A DNA stretch of 62,544 nucleotides from Pseudomonadota bacterium (lineage in GTDB: Bacteria; Bdellovibrionota_C; UBA2361; OMII01): contig JAYPVM010000014.1 in assembly GCA_038134595.1 (NCBI GenBank), positions 1 through 62,544 of the forward strand. Direction: 5' to 3'. The position numbers were made by a program, and so were the translations under genes. The notes below the pieces were generated by a model. It did not search any database. It saw only the letters and a list, made by a program, of their open reading frames with translations, and had not been told where the DNA came from. Each line of letters starts with the position of its first letter. The stretch's first letter is position 1. Of the stretch, positions 39,391-48,906 are shown piece after piece.

Positions 39391-40734
39391 GTGAGCAAGA
39401 AAGAGATAGGGCTTAAGTATATCAATGAACTTCCACCATGGAGTGGCAAGGGAGGGTTCGGTATTGAGGCGATCAAGCGGGTTATGGAATACCTCGGAAA
39501 CCCTCAAGATAGTTATCCAACTATGCATATCGCAGGCACTAACGGAAAAGGTTCGGTTTCAGCGGCTATATCCTCGATATTGGGTAGTGCGGGTTATTGT
39601 GTTGGGCTAAATGCCTCTCCACACTTAGTACGCCTTAATGAAAGGCTTGTTATAGACGGATATCAGTGTAGCGATGACATTTTGGGTGAGGTTGCTTACG
39701 AGATAAAGCATGCGTGTGAGAGGTCTGTAACGGATTTAAGCTTTCATGAAGCTCTAACTGCCATAGCAGCGCTGGGTATGAGAGAGGTTGGAGTTGATTG
39801 GGGGGTATTCGAGGTAGGTCTTGGGGGAAGATTCGATGCTTCTAATGTCATTTCACGACCCGCGGCTGTATCTATCGTTACCATCGACTACGACCACCAG
39901 CACATACTGGGAGATTCTCTAGTTGATATAGCGCGCGAAAAGGCGGGGATTATTAAGCCTGGAAGTGCGGTTGTTACAGGGATTTTGCCACCAGAGGTTA
40001 GGGAGCTTGTTGGCGAGAAAGCTAAGGAGAATCAGCTTATTGTTTTTGGCAGGGATTTCGATGCTCGTATCGTGAAACGAGAGAAGAAAGGGGACTCTAT
40101 CGAGTACTGGGGTAAGAATCCTATTGATGGAAAGCCTGTTAAGTTCGAATACGTGTCGGGTCTGTCGGGAGAGCACCAGGCGCATAATCTATCAGTTGCT
40201 GCTACGATGGCACTGGCAGTCGGTATCCCTATTTCAGATATTCAAGAGGGATTAAAAGGGGTGTTCTGGCCAGGACGAATTGAGGTGGTTAGGTCTCAAG
40301 ATATTGATATTACTATGGATTGCGCGCATAATCCTGCGGGTATCAAGGCATTTCTCGATTACGTCTCTGATTGTGACGATGAAAAAATCGATCTTACATT
40401 TGGGGTGCTTGATACCAAAAACTGGAGAGAGATGTTGCAAATGTTACTACCAAAGGTACATACGCTTCGCCTTGTGAGACCAGACTCTGAGAGGGCGTTA
40501 GACCTAGCACTAGTTGAGAAGGAGATTAGGCTATCGGGAATGGACATAAGTATTCATAGATATGAAAGGGATTATGAGCAGTGTATGCACGACATTTTAG
40601 CTTCATCTGAAAACGGTCGGGCGTATATAACAGGTTCTATGTATATGGTAGGCGCAATGCGTGCGATGCTAGGGGTAGAAGAGAAACCTCTATGGAAGCG
40701 GGCGATGGCGAATCAGAAGAGGATAGAGAATTAA
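39391..40734 (+). CDS. folC: Bifunctional folylpolyglutamate/dihydrofolate synthase
   Basis: HIAGTNGKGS, SPHL, EVGLGGRFDASNV, IAREKAGI, WPGRIE, DCAHNP, TGSMY; start moved to GTG 39391 (GAGG upstream), past the last parS. Confidence 0.95.
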   Translation: MSKKEIGLKYINELPPWSGKGGFGIEAIKRVMEYLGNPQDSYPTMHIAGTNGKGSVSAAISSILGSAGYCVGLNASPHLVRLNERLVIDGYQCSDDILGEVAYEIKHACERSVTDLSFHEALTAIAALGMREVGVDWGVFEVGLGGRFDASNVISRPAAVSIVTIDYDHQHILGDSLVDIAREKAGIIKPGSAVVTGILPPEVRELVGEKAKENQLIVFGRDFDARIVKREKKGDSIEYWGKNPIDGKPVKFEYVSGLSGEHQAHNLSVAATMALAVGIPISDIQEGLKGVFWPGRIEVVRSQDIDITMDCAHNPAGIKAFLDYVSDCDDEKIDLTFGVLDTKNWREMLQMLLPKVHTLRLVRPDSERALDLALVEKEIRLSGMDISIHRYERDYEQCMHDILASSENGRAYITGSMYMVGAMRAMLGVEEKPLWKRAMANQKRIEN

Positions 40735-40748
40735 TTTTGGCGAATACG

Positions 40749-41561
40749 ATGGACGGTATGATGGAGCAGTGGCAGAGCATCATCGATTCCTCTCTAGTAG
40801 AGGTTTTGAAGAGAGATGATTTGCAACGCAGTGGCACGTTACACAACGCATGCGAATACGTGCTAAGCGGAGAGGGTAAGCGACTCCGGGCGTTGTTAAC
40901 GTGCAGTGTGTGTCGCGATCTTGCGAAGGATGAGAGAAGCGTAGCAAAGGCGCTCGTTCCAGCGCTGTCGATAGAGATCCTTCATGCAGCAAGTTTAGTG
41001 CACGATGACCTTCCTATCTTAGATGATGACGATATGCGAAGAGGTAAACCCTCGTGTCATGTGGCATTTGATGAGCCTACAGCGTTGTTAGTTGGAAATA
41101 CGTTACAGGGCATCGCCTTTCAAGTTGTCTCCACCTCAGATGTTCTTAGCTCCGATATGCAGGCGAGACTGCTTCGCACTTTGTCCCACAGTTGGACAAG
41201 TTTGTGTATAGGACAGCACCTAGATGTTTGTGGTGCGATGCTGAGCGCTGTAGAGAGGCGGGAGATGATTAAACATAAGACGGGAGCACTATTCGGCGCC
41301 GCGGTTGCGTGTGGAGCTATATGTGCTGGGATATCAGAGCATGCACTTTCTCTCTATTACGATTGGGGTGTTAGAATAGGGGAGGTTTTCCAAGCGCTTG
41401 ATGATATTGCCGATGGCGATTTACCAAAAAAGGAATTGCCGAGAGTACAAGTTGAGGTTGAAGCGTTGTGTAATCAAGAAGCAAGCACTCTCGATTCACG
41501 CTTGCTTTCTGGTAATACTAAAAAATTAGTATCTAGTTTAGACAGCAAGTGTTTTAACTAG
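40749..41561 (+). CDS. Polyprenyl diphosphate synthase (IspA/GGPP synthase-like)
   Basis: GKRLR, HAASLVHDDLPILDDDDMRRG, GQHLD, KTGALF, FQALDD; start uncertain (40737/40749/40758). Confidence 0.9.
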   Translation: MDGMMEQWQSIIDSSLVEVLKRDDLQRSGTLHNACEYVLSGEGKRLRALLTCSVCRDLAKDERSVAKALVPALSIEILHAASLVHDDLPILDDDDMRRGKPSCHVAFDEPTALLVGNTLQGIAFQVVSTSDVLSSDMQARLLRTLSHSWTSLCIGQHLDVCGAMLSAVERREMIKHKTGALFGAAVACGAICAGISEHALSLYYDWGVRIGEVFQALDDIADGDLPKKELPRVQVEVEALCNQEASTLDSRLLSGNTKKLVSSLDSKCFN

Positions 41562-42556
41562 AGTTTCCGCAACCTCTGGTTGATTGTTCCAAAGACATCA
41601 ACTCCGTCGTGACTCACAGAGATAGAGACGGTATCGCCCTCTTTAAGCCACGGAGTTGAGATAGCTCCTGTAGCGATTTTCTCCAACATTCGAAGCTCTG
41701 CCAAGCAGCCGCTACCTGTTGCGGGGTCTTCATTTGAAACGGTTCCACTCCCTAATATAGTACCTGCGCTTAATGGACGCGTTGCTGCTGCATGTGCTAT
41801 GAGCTGATGAAACGAAAAGTACATTTGCCCTGCGTTTGGTGTGCCGATTAATTTACCGTTAAGAGTTGTTCGAACGGGAAGATGCAATCGACCATCCTTC
41901 CATGCTGAACCGAATTCGTCGGGAGTGACTGCAAAGGGCGCAAATGCCGATGGAGGTTTAGACTGAATGAAGCCAAAACCAGTTCCAACCTCTCTTGGAA
42001 CAAGTTCTCGTAGGGTAATATCGTTTAGTAGAACAATTAGTTTTATATGCTTCTCTGCTTCGGCGGCGGTGGTCCCCTGTGGGACATGGTCTACTATAAT
42101 TCCTATCTCTGATTCGAAATCGACGCCATCAGAAGTATCGCGGATTGGAATATCATCATTAGGGCCCAAAAAGTTGTCACTCGCACCTTGGTACATGAGA
42201 GGCGTAGTTTCAAGTTCAGCTGGAAGGTCTACTCCCCGCGCCTGTCGAGCGAGTTTTACGTGTTGGATAAAGGCACTTGCATCTAAAAACGCCCACGAGC
42301 GGGGCAGGGGGCTGCCGAATTCACACTCATGCACAGGAATTATGTGGAGCCCGGAGGTTTCCCCACACACAAGCGCCGAATATATCTCTCGAAGGCAACG
42401 AGTTGAAAGGCTCCATTTATCGAGAGCTTCAATGAGCGAGCCTTTCCCATGCATCAAGCCTTCAGGTGGAACAGCCACTATGGTTCGATTCGGATGAACA
42501 ACGCACACGGTTCCGTCTGGATTTGAGGGTGTTGTATCGATGGTAGCAAGGATCAT
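41558..42556 (-). CDS. Fumarylacetoacetate hydrolase family protein
   Basis: PLMYQGASD, DFESE, LLNDITLR, GFGFIQSKP, GTILGSGTVSN. Confidence 0.92.
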   Translation of the reverse strand: MILATIDTTPSNPDGTVCVVHPNRTIVAVPPEGLMHGKGSLIEALDKWSLSTRCLREIYSALVCGETSGLHIIPVHECEFGSPLPRSWAFLDASAFIQHVKLARQARGVDLPAELETTPLMYQGASDNFLGPNDDIPIRDTSDGVDFESEIGIIVDHVPQGTTAAEAEKHIKLIVLLNDITLRELVPREVGTGFGFIQSKPPSAFAPFAVTPDEFGSAWKDGRLHLPVRTTLNGKLIGTPNAGQMYFSFHQLIAHAAATRPLSAGTILGSGTVSNEDPATGSGCLAELRMLEKIATGAISTPWLKEGDTVSISVSHDGVDVFGTINQRLRKL

Positions 42557-42832
42557 AGTCGAGTACTCGTGGTGGCCTACTGTCTTATATAAGTATAGGT
42601 GTCTTTATTTTACCGTGGCAAACAATAAACATTGGGTGCTTAAGAAAAGAAACAGCGGTAGAAAGTCACCTCCCGATACTTTTCTCATTTTTAATGGAAC
42701 AAATCCCTTGAAAACATGGGCTTATCGAAGCAGACTAAGGAGCGATTGATCTCAATATTAACTACGACAGAACAATCGGTTTACCAACTGACCATGCATG
42801 AAGATTAACAAACGAGGAGTTAACACAGCGCA

Positions 42833-43660
42833 ATGAATAATACGGTAATTGATCTTGGCAAAGACTTTGGAAAGAAAGAAAAAACATTTTCGACGATTGG
42901 CATTATTCTAGTAGCGGCTGTGGTGCTAGCCTTTCAGAGCTTTCATATCGTTCCTCCCGGTCACCGCGGAATATCGGTAACGCTCGGTAAGGTAGATCCT
43001 GTTCAGCGGCCTGAAGGACTGGCTTTCAAGAAACCCTTTATTCAAAAGATAGTAAACTTTCCGATTATGCAATTAAAGGATGATGGGCGAGCGACGAGCT
43101 TCTCAAGTGATTTGCAGAACATAGATTTTAGTTTCACAGTTCTTTACCGCATTCCAGAGGACCGAGTTGTAACGTTGTATCAACAATACAGAGGAGACCC
43201 GTACAGAACTCTGGTGGAGCCTCGAGTCCAGGAGGTGATTAAGCAGGTTACATCACTCTCTCGTGCAGAAGAACTCGTCAAAAAGCGAGAGCAAGTAAAG
43301 ACGCAATCCCTCACAAGGCTACGAGAGGCGATAGGGGATATCATTTACATAGCAGATCTTGCTATCACAAATATCGATTTATCCGATCAGCTTGAGCACG
43401 CTATCGAAGAAAAGGTGGTAAGAGAGCAGGAGGCACTGGCTAAGACCTTTGAATTGGAGAAGGAAAAGAAGCAAGCTGAGATAACAATTGTAAGAGCCGA
43501 GGCAGAAGCAAAGGCGGTGCAAATTAAGGGTGAGGCTCTCAAGACATCTCCAGAGGTAATTCAGCTAGAGATCGCGCAGCGCTGGGATGGAAAGGCGCCA
43601 CTTTCGGTAAGTATCGGTGAGAGTGCAAAGGGTGCAAGCGTGTTATTGCCTCTTAAATAG
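42833..43660 (+). CDS. Prohibitin/SPFH domain membrane protein
   Basis: N-terminal TM, VPPGHRG, SSDLQ, AIEEK, AEAEA repeats, WDGK. Confidence 0.9.
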   Translation: MNNTVIDLGKDFGKKEKTFSTIGIILVAAVVLAFQSFHIVPPGHRGISVTLGKVDPVQRPEGLAFKKPFIQKIVNFPIMQLKDDGRATSFSSDLQNIDFSFTVLYRIPEDRVVTLYQQYRGDPYRTLVEPRVQEVIKQVTSLSRAEELVKKREQVKTQSLTRLREAIGDIIYIADLAITNIDLSDQLEHAIEEKVVREQEALAKTFELEKEKKQAEITIVRAEAEAKAVQIKGEALKTSPEVIQLEIAQRWDGKAPLSVSIGESAKGASVLLPLK

Positions 43661-43846
43661 TTGATTGACCTTTAGTCTGTTGTAAGTCTTATCTTGCGTT
43701 GTTGAGGCGCCGTTTGTTTGTGACATGCATTCTGTTGCATTTAAGCCATGACAGAAACGTAAAAGGTTACAGAGTCCTACAGCTCGGATACTATGATGGT
43801 AGAGGAGCTCATCCCAAATTGATGAGCCCGTCTAGGAGCTTGGGCT

Positions 43847-44566
43847 ATGAAAAACGTGGTAATAATAGGCGCATCGGGAGCTATAGGGAACGCTTTTGTA
43901 AGGGTCTCTTCCGCGATGTTTCCCGAAGCTTGCGTGCACGCATTTTCGAGAACGCCCGTGGAAGGGGTCGGCCTTACCAACGTAACGGCTCGTGGCATCG
44001 ACTACTACGATGAATCGACATTGGAGCAAGCAGCGGGGCTTGCTATCGAGCAGGGGCCTATAGATTTTCTGCTCGTAGCGTTGGGAATGCTTCATGACGA
44101 GGAGATTGTTCCTGAAAAGTCACTTCGAGATCTTTCGGCAGAGAAATTTCGAAAAATCTACGACGCAAATACAATCGCACCAGCTCTTGTTGCGAAACAC
44201 TTTCTACCTGGTTTGAACAGAGAACAACGGTCGGTATGTGCGTTTCTCTCTGCACATGCAGGAAGCATTTCGGATAATGATTTAGGCGGATGGTATTCTT
44301 ATCGGTGCGCGAAGGCCGCACTTAACATGCTTGTAAAGAACTTCGCAATTGAGGTAGGGCGCCGTAACAAGCAAGCTGTGATTGTTGGACTGCATCCAGG
44401 AACTGTGGACAGTCATCTCTCAAGTATTTTCAAAGCTGGACTTCCAGCGCACAAGTTATTTGCTCCGGAGTATTCGGCACAACGGTTAATGGATGTGCTT
44501 AAGTCTCGCACACCAGAGCACAGTGGAAGATGCTTCTCTTGGGATGCCACTGAGGTGCTGCCGTAA
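43847..44566 (+). CDS. SDR oxidoreductase, C-factor (CsgA)-like
   Basis: IIGASGAIG, PEKSL, GSISDN..GGWYSYRCAKAALNM, LHPGTVDS. Confidence 0.9.
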   Translation: MKNVVIIGASGAIGNAFVRVSSAMFPEACVHAFSRTPVEGVGLTNVTARGIDYYDESTLEQAAGLAIEQGPIDFLLVALGMLHDEEIVPEKSLRDLSAEKFRKIYDANTIAPALVAKHFLPGLNREQRSVCAFLSAHAGSISDNDLGGWYSYRCAKAALNMLVKNFAIEVGRRNKQAVIVGLHPGTVDSHLSSIFKAGLPAHKLFAPEYSAQRLMDVLKSRTPEHSGRCFSWDATEVLP

Positions 44567-44757
44567 GTTAGCTGCGAGGTGTATCGATGAGCAAAGGCCT
44601 CGAAAGCGTGCGGCTGATTTAATGTACGGTTTGCGAAAGGGGAGCCAGCGGCACCGTGAGATAGCGCATACGATAGTCGAGAAGCATGGAAGTAGAAAAT
44701 CGAAAAGAACAGAGGCCCGAGCGTAACGTAGTATCGCTAAATCTTTTGACGTTCAGT

Positions 44758-45393
44758 CTAGAAATGTGTGCCATCAAGCTTCGGATAGCACGCATCGCTT
44801 GAGGTGCTATTTAGAAAGCAATTAAGCGTTGTCCCTTCTGATTGCGAAATAACATAGGCGGTGACGAGGATTCCCATGAATAGAAACGTTGCCGAAATTG
44901 TTGTTGGCATCGTGCCATATCGTGCATGAATCCGTAGCAGCAATCTGTATAAAACTGGCTTAAGCAGCTTTACAGTAAAAAGACTCCCCACTAGAAGTCC
45001 TACAAAGACCATGTATCGAAGCGGAATTATCGCCTTGTAAACAATAAAACCTACAACCACGGCCGGAACCAGCATTCGAATGATTGCTTCGGTTTTTGGT
45101 CCGGGTCGTATGGCTCTGCCAAGCAGGGTTACGACCTCAATGAGTGTCACGCACCAGGCCGACACGCAGAGCAAGAGCGCACTTCCTATGTTGGATATAC
45201 TGTACATGCATGCGATAAGTATCCGCATCACCGGCCGAAAAAACATGCTGACAAAGGGCAAAAAAAACAATGCGCCAATGCCAATTAATAATATCGATGG
45301 CGTAGAGCGCGGCAGCCCTCCAAAAAGAGAGTTTAACTGGCTTGATAATCCCTGAGTGATAGTGGAAAACTCCCCGACAAACGGTATGTTCAT
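44758..45393 (-). CDS. Hypothetical membrane protein
   Basis: About 5 hydrophobic segments; no family recognised. Confidence 0.55.
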   Translation of the reverse strand: MNIPFVGEFSTITQGLSSQLNSLFGGLPRSTPSILLIGIGALFFLPFVSMFFRPVMRILIACMYSISNIGSALLLCVSAWCVTLIEVVTLLGRAIRPGPKTEAIIRMLVPAVVVGFIVYKAIIPLRYMVFVGLLVGSLFTVKLLKPVLYRLLLRIHARYGTMPTTISATFLFMGILVTAYVISQSEGTTLNCFLNSTSSDACYPKLDGTHF

Positions 45394-45811
45394 AGAAAAA
45401 CCTAAAGTAGCTTCAATGGTGCCTTATCAAGCAACAATGCCAGCCTTCATTACTTACGAAAGTGTGGGTACAGAGAGAAAATAAGAGCCCACTCTTCTCA
45501 AGAAGGTTATGGGCGAGGTTTGCCAAAGTGTTACATAACGGCACAAATAAGGGGTTTTTTCTGTAATACGGTTAATACTGCTTAATCTGCTGCGCCGCTT
45601 CATCCTAACATCCCATCCAGACCCAGTCTTGATGATTTCAGTGCAAAACAAACGACATGCTTCCCATTAAATTCCGAGAATTACGGTGGGAGGGTGGAAT
45701 CTGTGGTGTTTTCGGTCTCTTCCTTTTTCGTTAGAATTTCATTAGCGCAGGTTAAATTAGATTGCTTTCTGTTTGATTGGACGTAGACTCTAACCGCGTG
45801 AGGTAAGTCGT

Positions 45812-47371
45812 ATGTTGTTAGCACCTAAAATAAATTCTGGAACAGTACAAGGGGTTATTGCTGGCAATAATGATCCGGGTGTGTGGGCCGCACAAAATCG
45901 AGAACTCCTAGCTCAGCGCCCTATCAAGAATGCGGCGGCGTTGTTTGTGGCAGGAGCGGGTGAGTTTTCGAAAAGACGGTACCAAGCCCAGAAACTTGGC
46001 GAAATTCTCGATGCATGCACGTTCTTTTCAACCTCTGCGTCTCAAAAGGCCATAGACTTATCTACTAGCCCCGCAAAATCGCAAACGGGCGCGTATGAAG
46101 CAATTCTTTGTAATCTACTGCAACAGTCAGGGCTAAATTGTGTAAAAACAGTCGATGTGGCCAGAGAGTTCTCAGCGCAGACCGGTTTGGTAAATGGCTC
46201 TGTGTCAAAAGTTATAAAACGATTGGCGCACGAAATTCACGGTAGAGAGAATTATCTAATTCAATCAAGGGGTGATGAGGTTCGTCTCCTTTCATCTGAC
46301 CGCGTTCCCAAACCCGTAATTGCTTTAGCTAAGGCTATCGGTTTAACGATACAAGAGACAGATATTCTCATTCATTTTTTGGATAGACCAAACGAGAGTG
46401 TACACGTCTCCGAAATCCAAGTTTTGACGAGTGCAGAGGGCAACTCTTTGCCGACAATAGAGGATGCGTCTCGGGCTATAGAACGTCTGTTATCCAAACT
46501 TTATTCCCATGCGCTAACTATTGCTTCAGAGGATAAAAGCGACGAGCACGGTCGCCAAGAGTTGTCGTGGATCTTACGTATTGACTCGAGTTTGCACCAA
46601 AGACTTGCTTTAAATAAAGCCACGGAAAGCCTTGTAGGAGAGTCTGTGCCTCAGGTCATCCCCGAGCTGGGGTTTGACGATCTTGTAATTCCTAATATTG
46701 ATGTACACACTGTTCGTCCACCAAATCAAACCCCAGCTAATAAGACTTCGGTACTCCGACGCTCCTCCACACAACCAAAGCCGAAGATAACAACTGTGCG
46801 GGATTCGCCGATAGTGGATCGGAAGCAAGCAGAACCAGATGCTCCCATTGCAAGCAAACCTTCCATCGCGGAACCTGCTCAAAAACTCGAACAACCGTCA
46901 AAGCCGCGACATCTGCCCGCCGGAACATTGGACTACATTGACTCATTATCGGCGCACCTCTACGTCAATTGTAGTAACGAGCATGTCGGTGCTGTTTTGG
47001 CGGCGAGATTCCTATATGTAGCAACTGAGGCGGTTCTTGAGGGGCGTGGCATGCCTCAAAGGGATATTGTCACGCACACTTATCAAGAGTTTCGGGATAA
47101 ATATCAAGAATACTTTAATCAACTTACTCACGATAAATTTTATGCGAGGGCTGAGAACGATGCTTTCTTGTCTGTTAATCTGGAGCCGGGCAGTAGCGAG
47201 AAGCTGAAGGTCTTAGAAGCTCGCGTGACACAGGGATTCCCGGTTTTTCATCCGGATGATAGTTGGAATGAGGTTGCAGATATGGACTTGGATGATGGTG
47301 AGCTTGAAGGCCCAACAGAGGCCGAGTTAGAGGATGATGAGCTAGCCGACTTGCTTGCGCCTCGATATTGA
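45812..47371 (+). CDS. Hypothetical protein, possible winged-helix DNA-binding domains, Pro-rich linker and acidic tail
   Basis: SD GAGG; VSKVIKRL and LTIQETDILIHFLDRPNESV resemble wHTH segments; D/E-rich C-terminus. Confidence 0.65.
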   Translation: MLLAPKINSGTVQGVIAGNNDPGVWAAQNRELLAQRPIKNAAALFVAGAGEFSKRRYQAQKLGEILDACTFFSTSASQKAIDLSTSPAKSQTGAYEAILCNLLQQSGLNCVKTVDVAREFSAQTGLVNGSVSKVIKRLAHEIHGRENYLIQSRGDEVRLLSSDRVPKPVIALAKAIGLTIQETDILIHFLDRPNESVHVSEIQVLTSAEGNSLPTIEDASRAIERLLSKLYSHALTIASEDKSDEHGRQELSWILRIDSSLHQRLALNKATESLVGESVPQVIPELGFDDLVIPNIDVHTVRPPNQTPANKTSVLRRSSTQPKPKITTVRDSPIVDRKQAEPDAPIASKPSIAEPAQKLEQPSKPRHLPAGTLDYIDSLSAHLYVNCSNEHVGAVLAARFLYVATEAVLEGRGMPQRDIVTHTYQEFRDKYQEYFNQLTHDKFYARAENDAFLSVNLEPGSSEKLKVLEARVTQGFPVFHPDDSWNEVADMDLDDGELEGPTEAELEDDELADLLAPRY

Positions 47372-47407
47372 ACCGAGTTTTGATCTCCAATCGTTACTGA
47401 GAGACAT

Positions 47408-48565
47408 TTAGAGCTCAATCAAATGGTTTGGTAGGTCAAGGACCCGTTCGCACGCGATCTGCTCCATGTTCTGTTGTATTTGCCTTTTAATCATTTCGAA
47501 CGTGTGATGGCCGCCATATTTACCTAGGGCACATACGCCAAACATCGGAGTTCTACCAAGAAAGGTAAACCGAGCCCCGCATGCAAGTGCTGCTGTGACA
47601 TCAGCACCATTCCTAATGCCACTATCCAACATGATTGTGATCTTATCTTTAAACTCAGGGACGAGTCGTTTGAGAGGCTCAATTGTTGATTCGCCTCGAT
47701 CAAGTTGTCGCCCCCCGTGATTTGATACGATAAGCCCGTCCAAACCACATTCGATAGATACTTGTGCGTCATCAGGATTGACTATTCCCTTGATGACGAG
47801 AGTACCTTTCCACTTTTCGCGAATAGCGGAGATTTTTTCTCGATGAAGTCTTCCGGAAAATGTTTTATTCATGAAAAGACCCAGATGCTTCATAGTAAGA
47901 CCCTTTGGGATATAGGGTTTCATAGTTTGAAACTCTGGCGCCCCTGCTAGGAGTTGTCCCAGTGACCAACGAGGCTTCGTTGTCATTTGTAGAATGTTGC
48001 GAAGTGTCATCCGTGGCGGAATAGAAAGTCCATTTCTGATTTCTTTTGGCCGATAGGCGAACGTAGGGGTATCAGCCAGTATTACCAGCGTTTTGCACCC
48101 CGCATCCCAGGCGCGTTGCAAAAGTTTATCACGCAGATCATCTTCAGCCGGATGATACAACTGAAACCAGAAGTTGCCTTCGGTGATTTGTGAAATTTTT
48201 TCAATCGATGCGGTCGAGACCGTGGAGAGGCAGAATGGTACGTTGTGATCCTTGGCGGCCTTGGCGAGGTATTCACAAGCCTTGGGCCACATAAGACCTT
48301 GCAGACCAACCGGAGCAACTCCAAATGGCGAGCTGTATGTTTGTCCAAAGAGAGACGTCTCTTGGGAGGCCCCTCGGTAGTCACGCAAGTACCATGGTTT
48401 GAGCTGGATTTTCCGTATGTCATCAGTATTGCGGGCAAGATTCACCTCCGAAAAGCACCCGCCCGCTAGATAGTCGTATGCGAATCTCGGCATCCGCGAG
48501 CGAGCCTTACGTATGAGATGCTCAACAGACGGATATTCTGAGTTAAAGTATTCTTTCTCTGGCAT
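47408..48565 (-). CDS. lldD: FMN-dependent alpha-hydroxy acid dehydrogenase (L-lactate dehydrogenase-like)
   Basis: FAYDYLAGG, WFQLY, VIKGI, VSNHGGRQLD, DSGIRNGAD; start ATG 48565 with AAGGAAGG upstream; substrate is inferred. Confidence 0.88.
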   Translation of the reverse strand: MPEKEYFNSEYPSVEHLIRKARSRMPRFAYDYLAGGCFSEVNLARNTDDIRKIQLKPWYLRDYRGASQETSLFGQTYSSPFGVAPVGLQGLMWPKACEYLAKAAKDHNVPFCLSTVSTASIEKISQITEGNFWFQLYHPAEDDLRDKLLQRAWDAGCKTLVILADTPTFAYRPKEIRNGLSIPPRMTLRNILQMTTKPRWSLGQLLAGAPEFQTMKPYIPKGLTMKHLGLFMNKTFSGRLHREKISAIREKWKGTLVIKGIVNPDDAQVSIECGLDGLIVSNHGGRQLDRGESTIEPLKRLVPEFKDKITIMLDSGIRNGADVTAALACGARFTFLGRTPMFGVCALGKYGGHHTFEMIKRQIQQNMEQIACERVLDLPNHLIEL

Positions 48566-48906
48566 GATGCCTTCCTTGGAAGAGTATGAAAGTGCTTTGC
48601 AAAACGAGCAACGCTCGCTAGGAAGCATAGAACCGAAGAGGGGGTTTTGTCTAAGAAATAGCGATCTAAGGACGCTGTGCGGAAACATTAGTTAGCACAA
48701 CAGCCTCTGTAATAGTTACCTAATCGGATCCTTTGGTTTACCTTTGATAAGCATCGGAGTACACTTCTGAAATCCTCGAGGATTTTGTAGAAAACATCGT
48801 ATTCTATGCTAGTTATCGTTAAAGGGAACATTCCTTTGGGAGGCTAGAGAAACCTGGACAGAAAAAGTATGCTTACATGGTCGATTACTGCTCTTAAGAA
48901 TTTACT

